This document shows positions 18,993 through 30,533 of a stretch of DNA of 64,000 bases, one piece after another. This DNA comes from Candidatus Bathyarchaeota archaeon (GTDB taxonomy: Archaea > Thermoproteota > Bathyarchaeia > 40CM-2-53-6): the NCBI GenBank assembly GCA_963833125.1, contig CAWHWX010000001.1, forward strand, positions 256,001 to 320,000, in the 5' to 3' direction. The notes beneath the pieces are model-generated. The model did no database searches. It saw nothing but the letters and a program-made list of their open reading frames with translations, and had not been told where the DNA came from. Within the stretch, counting starts at the first letter, position 1. The number at the start of each line of letters is the position of its first letter. The position numbers and the translations under genes are program-made.

Positions 18993-20153
18993 TCAAAGAG
19001 TTCTCTGAGCAATCCGCTGATAGTAGCCGTAGAATTTTTCAAGTTCACTGATCAACGTGAACTCATCTGATCTATGGGCCAAGTCGAGGAAACCTGGGCC
19101 AAAGTGAACCCCAATAACGTCACGTCCCTTTGTCTTGAGATAGTTGTAGATTTTGTTCAGGTCACTAGCGCCGTTGGAGACCGAAAGCTCTAGGTTCTGG
19201 TCTTTTGCCCAGTTTGCAATAAAACGGTAACCATCCGACTTCGGATCTAACATGAAAGGGTCGGCATGCCAAAGAACCTTAACTCCAATATGTGCATCGA
19301 CAGCGCGGCCAATTCGGCTTGAATATTCCTTCAATTGTTCATGGAAACTCATCCATCTCTCTGATGGAAACAATCGCTTCTCGAATTCCACTTCGCATCG
19401 GTTTGGAGTCCAGGTTGGTTGAGTCCCTCCCTCAATCTTTGCAACATTAATCGGTCCCTTTCCCGTTCGCAAGCCTTTTGGGTTGTATGAGCGCTTGAAC
19501 TCCTCTGTGGATACGGTAAGGCTTGGGTCGTTGATCAAGCCCTCAATATAACGGGTCGCTACCAGGATAGCGTTGTTTGCTTTATGCAGATAGGCTGCAT
19601 GGTAAGAGGATTCATCCGTAGTGATCTCGGTTGACCAATCTAACCCTCCCTCAGCACCGACTAGCACGAATGGTTTTCCCGTTGTTGATTCGCCACTGGG
19701 TTCTGCTTCAACAATGAACTTGGCCTTGTCGAACACGCCTCTTTCACAAAGTATGTCAACCCCCGATTTTTCGTATTCACTTTCTTCGGTCACCTGAAAG
19801 ACTACTCCCAGTTCGTTGTACTGCTTGTACAGCCCTTTCATGATCTCCATAGCGACTCCGACCCCTCCCTTCATATCGGCAGTACCCCTACCCACAATCT
19901 TGTCGCCCCTAATCTTCGGCTGGTAATCTGCGTCTCCAGCCGGGGGTACAACATCCAGGTGTCCGTTCATGACAACTGAGGCTCCGGGGTTGACGACTAC
20001 ATTTCCTAATTCGTCAACCTCAGCTTTCATCCCGCAGTTCTCAAACCAGCCACCCACATACTCTCCAAGCTTTCGCTGACCCTCCGCGTCGTTCCAACAA
20101 CTTGGTCTACTAACTAATTCTGAAACTAGTTTCACCAATTCTTCCGTAACCAC
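18993..20153 (-). CDS. M20 family metallohydrolase (ArgE/DapE/YgeY-like)
   Basis: NGHLDVVP, GRGTADMKGG, TEE, EPS, AHRSDE. Confidence 0.9.
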   Translation of the reverse strand: MVTEELVKLVSELVSRPSCWNDAEGQRKLGEYVGGWFENCGMKAEVDELGNVVVNPGASVVMNGHLDVVPPAGDADYQPKIRGDKIVGRGTADMKGGVGVAMEIMKGLYKQYNELGVVFQVTEESEYEKSGVDILCERGVFDKAKFIVEAEPSGESTTGKPFVLVGAEGGLDWSTEITTDESSYHAAYLHKANNAILVATRYIEGLINDPSLTVSTEEFKRSYNPKGLRTGKGPINVAKIEGGTQPTWTPNRCEVEFEKRLFPSERWMSFHEQLKEYSSRIGRAVDAHIGVKVLWHADPFMLDPKSDGYRFIANWAKDQNLELSVSNGASDLNKIYNYLKTKGRDVIGVHFGPGFLDLAHRSDEFTLISELEKFYGYYQRIAQRTL

Positions 20154-20420
20154 TTTCTTTGACCGACCTTTTCTCAGTTACCGGATCCGTGTGCACCGCA
20201 AGAATATATGTCGTGAGCACCGCTCTCACCAACGAATTAGCAAGAAAAGTTACCGTTCAAATTTCTAAAAAGAAACTCCCTGAACGTACCGAATCCGACA
20301 AAATCACCATCCCCGATCGGTTGGCCTCGGACTGAACAAGCAAAGCATGTTCGCAAATAGGAACATCTTTGTTAAGTGTTATATACATAGGAAAACGCAA
20401 CCTCTCCCTTAGGGTTCTGC

Positions 20421-22049
20421 TTGACTACAGCACGGGTTTTTGTTCGCGAAGCCACTGGTTTAGTGAGAGAGATCTCGCCCTACCAACTTATTTTCTTCAA
20501 TTTCCTGACCGCCCCGATCGTTCCTACGTTAATGTTCTCGATAAATTGGAACCCGAACCTTTTTCCTGGATTTGACTTCAATACAGGGCTTCTAATCATT
20601 ACCCTCCTTGCTATTCCAATGTATTTGACATACGCCATCGTATACGCTGCATTCCCGAAAGCCGGCACAGACTATGTGTTCCAAAGCCGAGTACTAAGCC
20701 CAGGCATCGGTTTCGCGTCAACTTTCGCTTCATGGGTATTTTTCCAATTCTGGTTCATTGCGCTTGAGGGTGCATCGGTTGTTGAAATGTTTCTAGTCCC
20801 GTGGTTGTTCAGCCTCTCGCAGTTTACGGGCAACCCTGGCTATGCGGGGATTGCCACTACGCTTAGTCAACCCAACTCGTTGGCGATAGTCAGCTTTACA
20901 GCAGTGATAGCGGCGGGGCTGATAGTTATGGGGGGGCTTCGGTATTATCTGAAGATTCAGACGGTGCTGTTCTGTGCCGCTGCCGTTGGAGTCGTTGTAA
21001 TGGTGATCATGTTAGCGTCCACTTCGAATAGTGCCTTCATCAGTAATTTTAACTCTCAAGTCTCTAGCATGATCGGATCCTCCGACTCATACAATAAGGT
21101 GATAACCACCGCTCAGAGCGAGAACTACGTCCTCTCACCCGCTTTCACTCTATACGCGTCCATTGGAGGAATGATTACTCCTTGGACCTTCGCACTTGCG
21201 TGGACCATGTTCGGAAACCTTGGCCTTGGGGGAGAAGTGAAGTCTGCAGGTTCCGTTAAGACTCAGATGATAACAATCCTTGGATCGTTCTTCCTAATAG
21301 TCATAGGTTTGTTCGTGCTTTGGAACCTATTCATCGGCATGATGGGCCAGACGTTCTGGAATGCAATGGCGACCCTAGCGTGGAATGCAGACCCGCTACT
21401 AAACAAGCTGCCAAGTTTCTTCTACACGCAGCCCGCATCCTACGTCTTTCTATACGGCACAAATAACATCGTTCTCGGTACGATCTGGGCGATAGCAGGA
21501 GCACTAACCTTTATCGCGACCATCTTCACAATCTACACCCTTGTCGCAAGAATGGTGTTTGCTCACACCTTTGACCGGCTGTTCCCCGAGAAATTGGCGT
21601 ACATAACCGAGAGGACGAGGACGCCGGTTTACATCATGATAGTCATGATCATACTTGCCTGCGCATGGACTTACGGCGTCTTATACTACGCCTCAATTCT
21701 TTACGCTTACCTAGCGTCGGTTGAATTCATGATCTCCGCCACGATCATCTTGACCATGATCGGCGCAATATTCTTCCAGTTCCGAATGAAACGTTACTTC
21801 GAGCAGTCTCCCGCAAGACGCTACCGCGTCGCCATCATTCCTCTCGCCATAATCGGAGTCTTCGTGAATCTGCTTGTAATCTACTATCTGTGGACCGTCC
21901 CAGCTCTCCTAGCGACAACCCCACAGTCAGAATCACTCATCGTTGGAGTCTTCGTCATTGGCCTAGTATACTACTTCATAATGAAAGCATACAGGAAGAG
22001 CACGGGCCTTAACCTAGGCGACGCTTTCAAGGAAATTCCACCAGACTAA
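20421..22049 (+). CDS. APC family amino-acid permease
   Basis: About 12 TM segments; N-terminal FVREATGLVREIS, C-terminal FKEIPPD; TTATATAC box at about 20379. Confidence 0.9.
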   Translation: MTTARVFVREATGLVREISPYQLIFFNFLTAPIVPTLMFSINWNPNLFPGFDFNTGLLIITLLAIPMYLTYAIVYAAFPKAGTDYVFQSRVLSPGIGFASTFASWVFFQFWFIALEGASVVEMFLVPWLFSLSQFTGNPGYAGIATTLSQPNSLAIVSFTAVIAAGLIVMGGLRYYLKIQTVLFCAAAVGVVVMVIMLASTSNSAFISNFNSQVSSMIGSSDSYNKVITTAQSENYVLSPAFTLYASIGGMITPWTFALAWTMFGNLGLGGEVKSAGSVKTQMITILGSFFLIVIGLFVLWNLFIGMMGQTFWNAMATLAWNADPLLNKLPSFFYTQPASYVFLYGTNNIVLGTIWAIAGALTFIATIFTIYTLVARMVFAHTFDRLFPEKLAYITERTRTPVYIMIVMIILACAWTYGVLYYASILYAYLASVEFMISATIILTMIGAIFFQFRMKRYFEQSPARRYRVAIIPLAIIGVFVNLLVIYYLWTVPALLATTPQSESLIVGVFVIGLVYYFIMKAYRKSTGLNLGDAFKEIPPD

Positions 22050-22147
22050 ACACAAGAAACGAGAATGGCTGAATCTGAATCACCTTCGAGAATAGATTCT
22101 CACTTTTTCGAGACTCTCACCCTCATCTATGAGCAACAGTTAGAGCG

Positions 22148-23338
22148 GTGACAGCACTTAGAATTTTCTTATGCCTTCCCACGCAAAGTTGTCTTCGGAC
22201 CAAATAGCGTCAACAAGGTCCCAGATGAGGTTACAAGACTCGCCACGCCAAAAGCTCACGTTCTCGTCGTAACCGACAAGACCATTGCGCAAATCGGACT
22301 CTCAAACCGGTTGTCGGCTCCGCTGAAGGATAAGGGGCATGAGGTCGAAGTCTACAGTGAGATTACTGGTGAGCCTGCTCTCGCGACCGCGGAATCAGTC
22401 GCTCAATATGTTAGGGATCGGAAGTTCGATGTTGTCGTTGGATTGGGAGGAGGTAGTTGCATGGACATGGCAAAGATGGGAGCGGTAGCCGCAACTAACC
22501 CTAAACCCATCAAGGAATACATCGCATTCCTGGAAGACCGAATCGAGAACAAGACACTTCCCAAAATTCTGATACCTACAACCGCCGGCACGGGGAGCGA
22601 GGGTACCTCATACGCTGGTAGTTGTTGAGGGCGCATTCAAGAATTTCATGACAAGCCCCTCCGTAGTCGCGGACGTTTCAGTCATCGATCCCGCACTCAT
22701 GGCCTCCTGCCCACCCAAACAAACAGCTGGTAGCGGCCTTGACGCTCTCTCAATGCATAGAACCCTACCTATCCAAGGCCAGCGACATATTCTCCGACAC
22801 CTTCGCGATCAGGGGCATACAGCTGATCTCCAAAAACCTGAAGCAAGCCTACAAACAAGGCGACAACCTAGACGCACGTACGGGAATGGCACTGGGCGCA
22901 TTCTACGGCGGAATAGCAATCAGCACTGCAGCCGGCGTGATCCTGGGACACTGCATATCAGAGACGATCGGTCCCCGCTACAAGATTCCGCACGGACTTG
23001 CTTGTGGCATAGCCCTACCCTACACCGTGAAATTCAACATACCAGCCGCCCCCGAACGAATCGCCTCCCTCCTGCCACTACTGTCCAACGAGAAAGTCAG
23101 AGGCATGAAGGCGAGGGCTAACAAAGTCGTACAAGTTATCAGTAGACTTGTCAAAGAGCTCGGAGTATCTTTGGCGTTGAAGGACTACGGAATCTCCAAG
23201 GAACAGGCCCTAGATGTGGCCAAGTTCATCGCAAACGAACAACAGAAAAACTACGCCCTACCAGATCTAAACCCTAGACCGATCAATGAAACAGGGATGA
23301 ATTCACTCTTCGAGGATATGTGGAAAGGAAAAATCTAG
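22148..23338 (+). CDS. Iron-containing alcohol dehydrogenase (three apparent frameshifts)
   Basis: Joined frames give VVFGP, VVTD, GLGGGSCMDMAK, IPTTAGTGSE, GLDALSQCIE, GHCISE, IPHGLAC. Confidence 0.85.
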
Positions 23339-23459
23339 AGAGGTTCATGCCTGTATAACCGCGGCGACCTAACGTAGGGCATGTCGCAGTCCCATCTACT
23401 TCAATGGAAATGGGACTTGTATCTTAATAGTTGCAGTGCGTCGATGAGGGCGATGTTAT

Positions 23460-24796
23460 ATGCCTACTCCTGAAGTAGAGCAATACGTAACCCACACCCC
23501 AACTTCAAAGAAGAATTACGATGCCCTATCTTCCATAATTCCTGGTGGCGTCAACACCGCCATCCAATATTTCCCTCCTTATCCGCTATACATGGCTAAG
23601 GGCTTGGGGGTAGGTTGTGGGATGTCGACGGTAAGGAGTATGTCGACCACTGCCTGGCCTACGGCGCAATGACAGCAGGCCACGCAAATCCGGTCATCCT
23701 CGAAGCGATTAGGAATCAGCTGGGTCGAGGAACGTTACATGGCTTTCAGGGCGAAGGTTCTGAGGAACTCGCACGTGAAATTATTAGACGTTACCCGGCC
23801 GTGGAAATGTTGCGCTTCGCAAACACTGGCCTTGAAGCCACATTCTACGCAACCAGGCTAGCAAGGGCTGCTACCGGACGAAAACTGGTGGTCAAGATGG
23901 AGGGCGCTTACCACGGAGCGCACGATATGCTCTTAGTCAGCGACAAACCCCGACGACGACTTCTAGGATCTCGATACAACCCAGCCTCCACCGCAGACTC
24001 ACTGGGTACCCCCGACGAAGTAGTCAAACAAACGCTCGTAGTGCACTTCAACGACGCAGAAGGGCTGGAGAGGATGATGAAGAAGCATGAAAATGAAATT
24101 GCAGCGATCATAACCGAACCTGTCCAGTCTAATAGTGGAATAATTCCCCCGGAGAAGGGCTACTTTGATGCTGTAAGAAAACTCTGCGACGACTACGGTG
24201 TGATCCTAATCATCGACGAAGTCAAAACCGGATGCAACCTGGCCGAGGGCGGCGGGACGCAACTGTTCGGAGTGAAACCGGATTTGATGACGTTCGCGAA
24301 AGCGATTGGGGGCGGTACGCCGTTGGCGGCTTTCGGTGGCAAGAGAGAGCTCATGGAGCTCATCACTCCACTTGGGGGCGCGGTGCACTATGGTACGTAT
24401 AATGGTAACCCGTTATCGGTAGCCGCTGGAACTGCCTGCCTCAAGAACGTTATGACGCCGACAACGTATGCGAAGATCATGAAGTTTGGAGAGGAACTCT
24501 ACAAGGGCATTGGAGACGCGATCGCAGATACGAAAACAAAGGCCTCCCTAGGTCATTGTACTATGATGGGGACTATATTCTTCGGTCTAGATGAGGCCCC
24601 GAAGAATTACCGCGAAGCTGCAGAATGCGATTCGAAAACGTGGTATAGGTATTGGATTAACATGCTTAACCGCGGCGTGATTCCCTCAGGTTCAGCATGG
24701 TTCGAGGAATGGATGGTGTCTTCAATGCATGAACCGAACGACATCAAGAAATCCATACAAGCCACATATGAAACGCTCAAAGCGATCAAACCGTAG
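23460..24796 (+). CDS. Class III PLP aminotransferase (GSA-aminomutase-like), frameshift at the G-run near 23606
   Basis: IPGGVNT, WDVDGKEYVD, YHGAHD, IDEVKTG, FAKAIGGG, GTYNGNPLS. Confidence 0.85.
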
Positions 24797-24841
24797 TTCT
24801 TCCGGAAGTTGGCAGTTTAAGTTCGTAGGGGTAGGGTATCC

Positions 24842-26194
24842 CTAAGCCAATATTTCTTCCACAGAATCTTGAAACACTTTGGTGTGTTGATCTACATCCC
24901 TTTGGGTACTGTAGGGTGACAGGAGCGCCATGTTGTGAAAGGGGGTTAGAAGAATTCCCCGGTTCAGCGAATACAGATGCATATACTTACTCAGAAGCCA
25001 ATCAGCGGCAGCTTCCGCATCAGAGCCATTCCTCGATGGAGTGCGGCGAAATTGGTATTCGACGCGCGCCCCCAAACGGACTGAATGCCAAGGAACACCA
25101 GTGTTGCGAATTGTTGACTGAACGCCTTCGTTGAAGGATTTTGCTAAAGCGATCATGTGATGGAAGGCTCTTTGAGTGGCCACTTTCTCCAAGGTTGCTC
25201 GTATAGCGGCTAGGGCGAGAGCGTTCCCGTTCATAGTGCCCCCAACACCATTGACATCTGTCTTCGCCGCGAGCATGTTAGGACTAGTCTTACGGAAAAT
25301 TTCCTTGCTCATTCCGAATGCGGCTGCAGGAATACCGCCGCCTAAGGGTTTTCCTAGGGTGATCATGTCCGGCTTTAACCGATAGGCCCCAGAGTAACCG
25401 CCGGGACCAGTGCACCAGGTATGCGTTTCGTCGACAATCCACACGGTGCCAGTTTTTCGTGTGATCTCCCTCACGCCATCGAGGTAACCTTTCTCGGGCA
25501 ATACGATTCCACAATTCGTCATAGCCGGTTCCATTAGAACCGCGGCCACGTCTCGCGGATCAAGGGCGTGTTGCATAGCGTCGAGGTCGTTGTACTCAAC
25601 AATTTTTGTCGTAAGCATTGGATGAACAGATGGTGGCATTACACCCGCTCTAGTTTCCACGTTGCCATTTACAATCCGAACAAGTGTCTCGTCTACGGTT
25701 CCATGGTAACAACCGTTGAAAACTAGAATCTTCCGCCTACCCGTTGCCTCCCGCGCAATACGAAGAGCGAAACGATTTACGTCAGTACCCGTCATCGCGA
25801 TCTGCCAGTAAGGGAGACGAAAGCGGCTGGCGAGCTCCTTACCCACCCAAATCGAGTTCTCGGTGGGCAGCATCATTGTAATCCCCTTCCGCAGCTGCAA
25901 CGTAGCGGCGTTTACCGTAGCCGGGGGCGAATGACCGAACATTGCACCCGAATCTCCGAGGCAAAAGTCGACGTAAGTGTGTCCATCCACGTCGAAGACT
26001 TTGGAGCCGTTGCCTTCTTTTGCGAAAAGAGGGAATGAGCCGGGCCACTGAATCATCCAGTGCATCGGAACGCCCCCAATCAAGGCCTTTTTTGCTCGCT
26101 CGAACAGCTTCTTCGATTTCGGGTGGAGTTCCGAGAAAGTATTCTTCTCCCGCGCCATGATTCTTTTTACTTTGGTGTACTCAATGATTGTCAT
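24842..26194 (-). CDS. Class III PLP aminotransferase (second paralog)
   Basis: GVPMHWM, DVDGHTYVDFCLGD, YHGTVDE, VDETHT, LGKPLGGG; start set at the ATG at 26194. Confidence 0.88.
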   Translation of the reverse strand: MTIIEYTKVKRIMAREKNTFSELHPKSKKLFERAKKALIGGVPMHWMIQWPGSFPLFAKEGNGSKVFDVDGHTYVDFCLGDSGAMFGHSPPATVNAATLQLRKGITMMLPTENSIWVGKELASRFRLPYWQIAMTGTDVNRFALRIAREATGRRKILVFNGCYHGTVDETLVRIVNGNVETRAGVMPPSVHPMLTTKIVEYNDLDAMQHALDPRDVAAVLMEPAMTNCGIVLPEKGYLDGVREITRKTGTVWIVDETHTWCTGPGGYSGAYRLKPDMITLGKPLGGGIPAAAFGMSKEIFRKTSPNMLAAKTDVNGVGGTMNGNALALAAIRATLEKVATQRAFHHMIALAKSFNEGVQSTIRNTGVPWHSVRLGARVEYQFRRTPSRNGSDAEAAADWLLSKYMHLYSLNRGILLTPFHNMALLSPYSTQRDVDQHTKVFQDSVEEILA

Positions 26195-26388
26195 GAAAGG
26201 CACATTCCAGTGTCGAGATTTACCAACTAGCGATCTGATGCGGGGCATCCCATAATTATTTCGGAAGTTTGGCCGAAGGAACATCTTTCTTTTCGTTACT
26301 ATGTGGTGACCTGCGGTTTTCAGTTAGACGAAACGGAAGTGATACTGGATAAGTCTTAAGTAGCGAGACGATTCGATAACCGTATCAT

Positions 26389-28008
26389 ATGACCGCCTCG
26401 AACCCCGACCGACCGAAAGTTTTCGTTCGAGAAGCAACTGGCCTAGTAAGGGAAGTTTCCGGGAACGCATCACTGGTAGCCCAATGGATGATCACCACCG
26501 GCGGCTACCCCATCTTCATCCTCACCTACCTCGCCGTTTTTCCGGGAGCGAACTTCTTCCTCGCATTCATCCTCGGGTTTCTACCAATGTTCGCACTCCT
26601 AGGCGTATACACGCTCTTCGGTATCTCAATGCCGCGTGCAGGTGGAGACTACATCTACGTAACCCGGGGGCTGAATTCTTTCATTGGCTTCGTCAGTTCA
26701 TTCGCATTAGCCGCAGCGTACATGGTGTCGAATGGAATCTTCACCGTCCTTGGGAGTGGCTACGTTGGATACCAACTGTCCACGATAGGCATCGTTGATA
26801 ACAACCCAACGTTGCTGACAATCGGAAGCGCCATCATAACTCCTACGTACTCCTTCACACTAGCTTGCATCATCTTAGCGATTTCTGCAATCATAGCGAT
26901 TCTTAGGCCACGAATTGCCTGGCAGACAATATTCTGGGCCGGACTGTTCGCGATAGTCTGTACGATCGTTATGTTCATCGCCCTTGCAGGAATCAATCAA
27001 GCTTCCTTCCAAGCCGTTTATGACCAGTTCATCGCAACCAATAATTCAACTCTAGCCGCGAATGGCTTCAGTAACGTGACATCGTACCAGCAGACCATAA
27101 CTGCAGGTGGCTGGACACCTTCAACAAGTATCCTCACCGCCACACTCGCAGCGTACCCAATCGCGATCTATACTTTCGCCTGGAGCCAGCTACCAACAAA
27201 TTGGGCTGGCGAAATCAAGCAGGTTAAGAAAAGTCTTCCATTTATTCTCTTAGGCGGAATAATCTGGATATTAGTATACTTCGAACTCTTCGTCCAGTTG
27301 AGCGTAAATGCTTTCGGCCAAGCATTCATGACAACCTGGTCAGTTCTCTCAACGAATCCTTCATATCCATTGCAGGTGGCACTGAGCGATTACATTCCGT
27401 TCTTCTCCTACCTAGTCTACAGAAACCCCATTATCCTGTGGGCAATGTTTCTCGCCCTGTTTATCCCCGTTGTTTTTGAAGTCCCCCCGATCCTAATTGC
27501 TTCGGTTAGGTACCTGTTTGCCTGGAGCTTTGACAGGGTCTTACCTGAAGTGTTTTCACGAGTCAACGAACGGACCCATACCCCAGTCTTCGCGACTATA
27601 ATCGCGTTAATTCCGAATATTCTCGGCGCGGCCATTCAAGCATTCAATCCTGCGGCGACACCGAGTGTTTTAGTACCAGTATTCATTTTTGGATACATGT
27701 TCCCTGCTCTAGCCGCAATCGTCTTCCCATACAGAAGGAAGGACATGTACGAAACTTCCTTCTTGGTTAGGAGAAGAATAGCAAACGTCCCAGTCTTAAC
27801 CTGGCTTGGGATTGTCTCCTTCATCGGCCTGCTCGTAGGCATGTACGGTATCTTAACAAGTGGCCTGTATCCGCTCTTGTTGCCAGATTATCTATTCTAC
27901 GTCCTGGCCTATGGGTTGGGCATACTAATCTTCCTAGTCGCATACGCAGCTAGAAGAAAGAGCGGCCTCCCGTTGGAACTTAGCTTCAGAGAGATCCCTC
28001 CAGAATAG
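26389..28008 (+). CDS. APC family amino-acid permease
   Basis: FVREATGLVREVS, MPRAGGDY, about 12 TM, FREIPPE end. Confidence 0.9.
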   Translation: MTASNPDRPKVFVREATGLVREVSGNASLVAQWMITTGGYPIFILTYLAVFPGANFFLAFILGFLPMFALLGVYTLFGISMPRAGGDYIYVTRGLNSFIGFVSSFALAAAYMVSNGIFTVLGSGYVGYQLSTIGIVDNNPTLLTIGSAIITPTYSFTLACIILAISAIIAILRPRIAWQTIFWAGLFAIVCTIVMFIALAGINQASFQAVYDQFIATNNSTLAANGFSNVTSYQQTITAGGWTPSTSILTATLAAYPIAIYTFAWSQLPTNWAGEIKQVKKSLPFILLGGIIWILVYFELFVQLSVNAFGQAFMTTWSVLSTNPSYPLQVALSDYIPFFSYLVYRNPIILWAMFLALFIPVVFEVPPILIASVRYLFAWSFDRVLPEVFSRVNERTHTPVFATIIALIPNILGAAIQAFNPAATPSVLVPVFIFGYMFPALAAIVFPYRRKDMYETSFLVRRRIANVPVLTWLGIVSFIGLLVGMYGILTSGLYPLLLPDYLFYVLAYGLGILIFLVAYAARRKSGLPLELSFREIPPE

Positions 28009-28129
28009 AAAAACCCCTAAAATAAAATCGTTAAAATAAAATCGGGTCTATCGAACATGTTACGACGATGGGATGCCTTAGATACTTGCGTGACCTGACA
28101 GTCCACTAAACCTTCGGGACGGAACTAGC

Positions 28130-29539
28130 TTGGTTTCTGCAGACTTAATTGTCAAGAATGCGAAGATTTGGACACCTAGCGGAATCTTTGAGGGCGGACT
28201 CGCCGTAAGGGAAGGCAAAATCGTATCGATTTCTCACGATTACGCCCTTCCCGTTGCTGATCATGGGATTAACGCTGAAGGTAACCTCGTTATTCCGGGC
28301 TTAGTTGATGAGCATGTGCATCTAGGCGATCCGTACGAAGGGCCTGGAAGTGAGGTAGCGGTTCAGAGGGAGGACTTCTTGTATGGAACTATGGCGGCGG
28401 CGAACGGTGGAGTTACGACAATAATCGAAATGCCTGATACCGTCCCATTAGTCACTTCCTTGGACGTAGCCAAAGCGAAACTGCAAATTTGTAAGCCTAA
28501 GGCGTATGTTGACTTTGGCATGCACGGGGGTTTCATCGGTCAGTCGGATTATGCACGGGAAATAAGGCGAATGTACGATTTTGGACTGACCGGGCTGAAG
28601 ACGTTTACATGTTATTCGATTCCCGAATGGCCTCCTTGCTATGACGGCGACCTATACGAGGCTTTGAAATTAATCCGGGAAGTCGGTGCCGTCACGCTGC
28701 TGCATGCCGAAAACGACTTCATCCTTGCTAAGAACCGAAAACGGCTCGAAAGTGAACACAGGACTGACATTCGAGCGCATCTCGAATGGAGACCTCCAAT
28801 AGCTGAGATTGAGGCAGATCATAGAATGGTCTTCTTCCTGGAAGAAACCGGAGCCAAAGGCTTGATTGTTCACACAAGTGTACCGGAGGGAGTCTTGGAT
28901 GTGAAGGCCGCAAAGGAACGCGGTCACGAAATATATGTTGAGACTTGCCCACACTTTCTCTTCCTTACCGAGGACGATGTAATCCGAATGGGCCCATGGG
29001 CCAAGTACGCTCCTCCCCCTCGCGATAAAGCGAGAGTCAGTAAGATGTGGGAACTCTTGAACTTAGGCTACGTTGACACCTTAGGATCAGACCACGGGCC
29101 CTACACGAAGCAGGAGAAATTAGCCGGAATCAAAAACATATGGGACGCAGGAAATGGCGCATCATCCATCGAGGGCACTCTACCTCTAATGCTCGATGCT
29201 GTGAACAACGGGAAGACAACGTTAGATACTTTCATCCGAGTTGCTTGCCAAAACCCAGCCAAACTATTTGGACTATACCCACGGAAAGGCACGTTACAGG
29301 TAGGATCTGACGCAGACTTCGTTGTAGTGGACATGAAATCGAACTTCAAGATCTCAAACGACAAAAGCAAGTCAAAATGCGGATGGGTACTCTATGATGG
29401 TATGGTAACGAGGGGGAAACCGAGGATGACGGTTCTTCGCGGCTCAATAATAATGCAGGACGGCGAGATCGTAGGAAAGCCAGGATACGGTAATTTCCTA
29501 ACTAGACAGGAGCTGGCCCAAACCTCCCCACTTGCATAG
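28130..29539 (+). CDS. Cyclic amidohydrolase (dihydropyrimidinase/allantoinase/hydantoinase family)
   Basis: DEHVHL, GGVTT, LHAEN, ETCPH, SDHGP, GSDAD; lacks the dihydroorotase HxREPG Arg. Confidence 0.88.
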   Translation: MVSADLIVKNAKIWTPSGIFEGGLAVREGKIVSISHDYALPVADHGINAEGNLVIPGLVDEHVHLGDPYEGPGSEVAVQREDFLYGTMAAANGGVTTIIEMPDTVPLVTSLDVAKAKLQICKPKAYVDFGMHGGFIGQSDYAREIRRMYDFGLTGLKTFTCYSIPEWPPCYDGDLYEALKLIREVGAVTLLHAENDFILAKNRKRLESEHRTDIRAHLEWRPPIAEIEADHRMVFFLEETGAKGLIVHTSVPEGVLDVKAAKERGHEIYVETCPHFLFLTEDDVIRMGPWAKYAPPPRDKARVSKMWELLNLGYVDTLGSDHGPYTKQEKLAGIKNIWDAGNGASSIEGTLPLMLDAVNNGKTTLDTFIRVACQNPAKLFGLYPRKGTLQVGSDADFVVVDMKSNFKISNDKSKSKCGWVLYDGMVTRGKPRMTVLRGSIIMQDGEIVGKPGYGNFLTRQELAQTSPLA

Positions 29540-29584
29540 TTGGATCATCGAACTTACTCCCGAATGTAGAGCGATTGTAATCGG

Positions 29585-30441
29585 TTAGGCCTTTTTGACA
29601 AGAGTGCCATAGGCCTCTGGGCGTCTGTCCTTCAGCAAGTTCCCATACAGACGCCGTGCTTCCTCGAATCTCTTTCGTAATTCAATGGTTCTAACCAAGA
29701 CAAAGGATTCCGCTTGTTCGTGTGACGCTACGTACGGCGCTTCTGCCTCTATTCTGCCGTCCGGGGCGATGATTCGGCTGTGGCCGAAGAAATGTACCGG
29801 TTTGCCCACCATCGTGTCTCCCACCGCATTACATTGAACCACCCAAACAGTATTCTGAAGGGCGGCGCTGGGATAGAACTTATTCCACCAGTCTTCGTAC
29901 GGTGATTCGTAAGCGTTTATCTGGATAACTATTTCGGCACCCATGAGTGCGTTGGCTCTCCAGCACTCCGGGAAGTCGCCGTCATAGCAAGTGAGAAGTC
30001 CAACTCGTCCCATTCGAGTATCAATAACGGTGAAGTCATTTCCTGCTTTCCAAATCTGGTCTTCCCCCACAGAGGGGTAGAGATGTATTTTCCTGTGTTT
30101 CCCGATAACTCTGCCTTTATCATCGATCAGGACTGAACTATTGTAAATGTTGTAAATGTCATTGCCATCCCCGCTCTCTGGCATCCCAGCAATGATGTGG
30201 ATTCTGTGGCGCACCGCGTTTTCCGATAGGAAGTCTGTGTACAGACCAGGTATGGGTGCACTTAGTTCTCGGTAGTTAATTTCACCGTATCCAGTAGGCC
30301 ACATCTCAGGTAGAACTACTACTTCAGCGCCTTCCTCATTTGCTGATGAAATCAACTCTGCCGTTTCATTCAAGTTTTGGTCAACCTGTCCGGGTGCGTT
30401 CTGAATTGAATGACTCCGACAGTGAGCGAATCAGACAGCAT
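29585..30441 (-). CDS. Carbon-nitrogen hydrolase (nitrilase superfamily), frameshift near 30400
   Basis: E-K-C triad: LPEMW, KHRKIHL, TCYDGDFPE; N-terminus MLSDSLTVGVIQF lies in a shifted frame. Confidence 0.88.
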
Positions 30442-30496
30442 CCAAGTCACTACCGAATTCGATCTTAATCGATGTTGAATAGATCGAGCGAATTGC

Positions 30497-30504
30497 TTTA
30501 AAGC
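30497..30504. promoter_or_regulatory. Palindromic TATA-like box between the divergent C-N hydrolase genes
   Basis: CTTTAAAG about 30 bp upstream of the ATG at 30534. Confidence 0.45.
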
Positions 30505-30533
30505 AATACGTTCTGACTTTGCTTTGACTGGCG

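Noticed and set aside
23460-24796. hemL assignment
   Set aside because: GSA-aminomutase-like fold, but no hem genes nearby and the context is catabolic; symbol withheld
30141-30159. 9-bp tandem duplication (TTGTAAATG x2; IYN-IYN) in the C-N hydrolase
   Set aside because: In-frame micro-duplication, probably in a loop; no further significance evident
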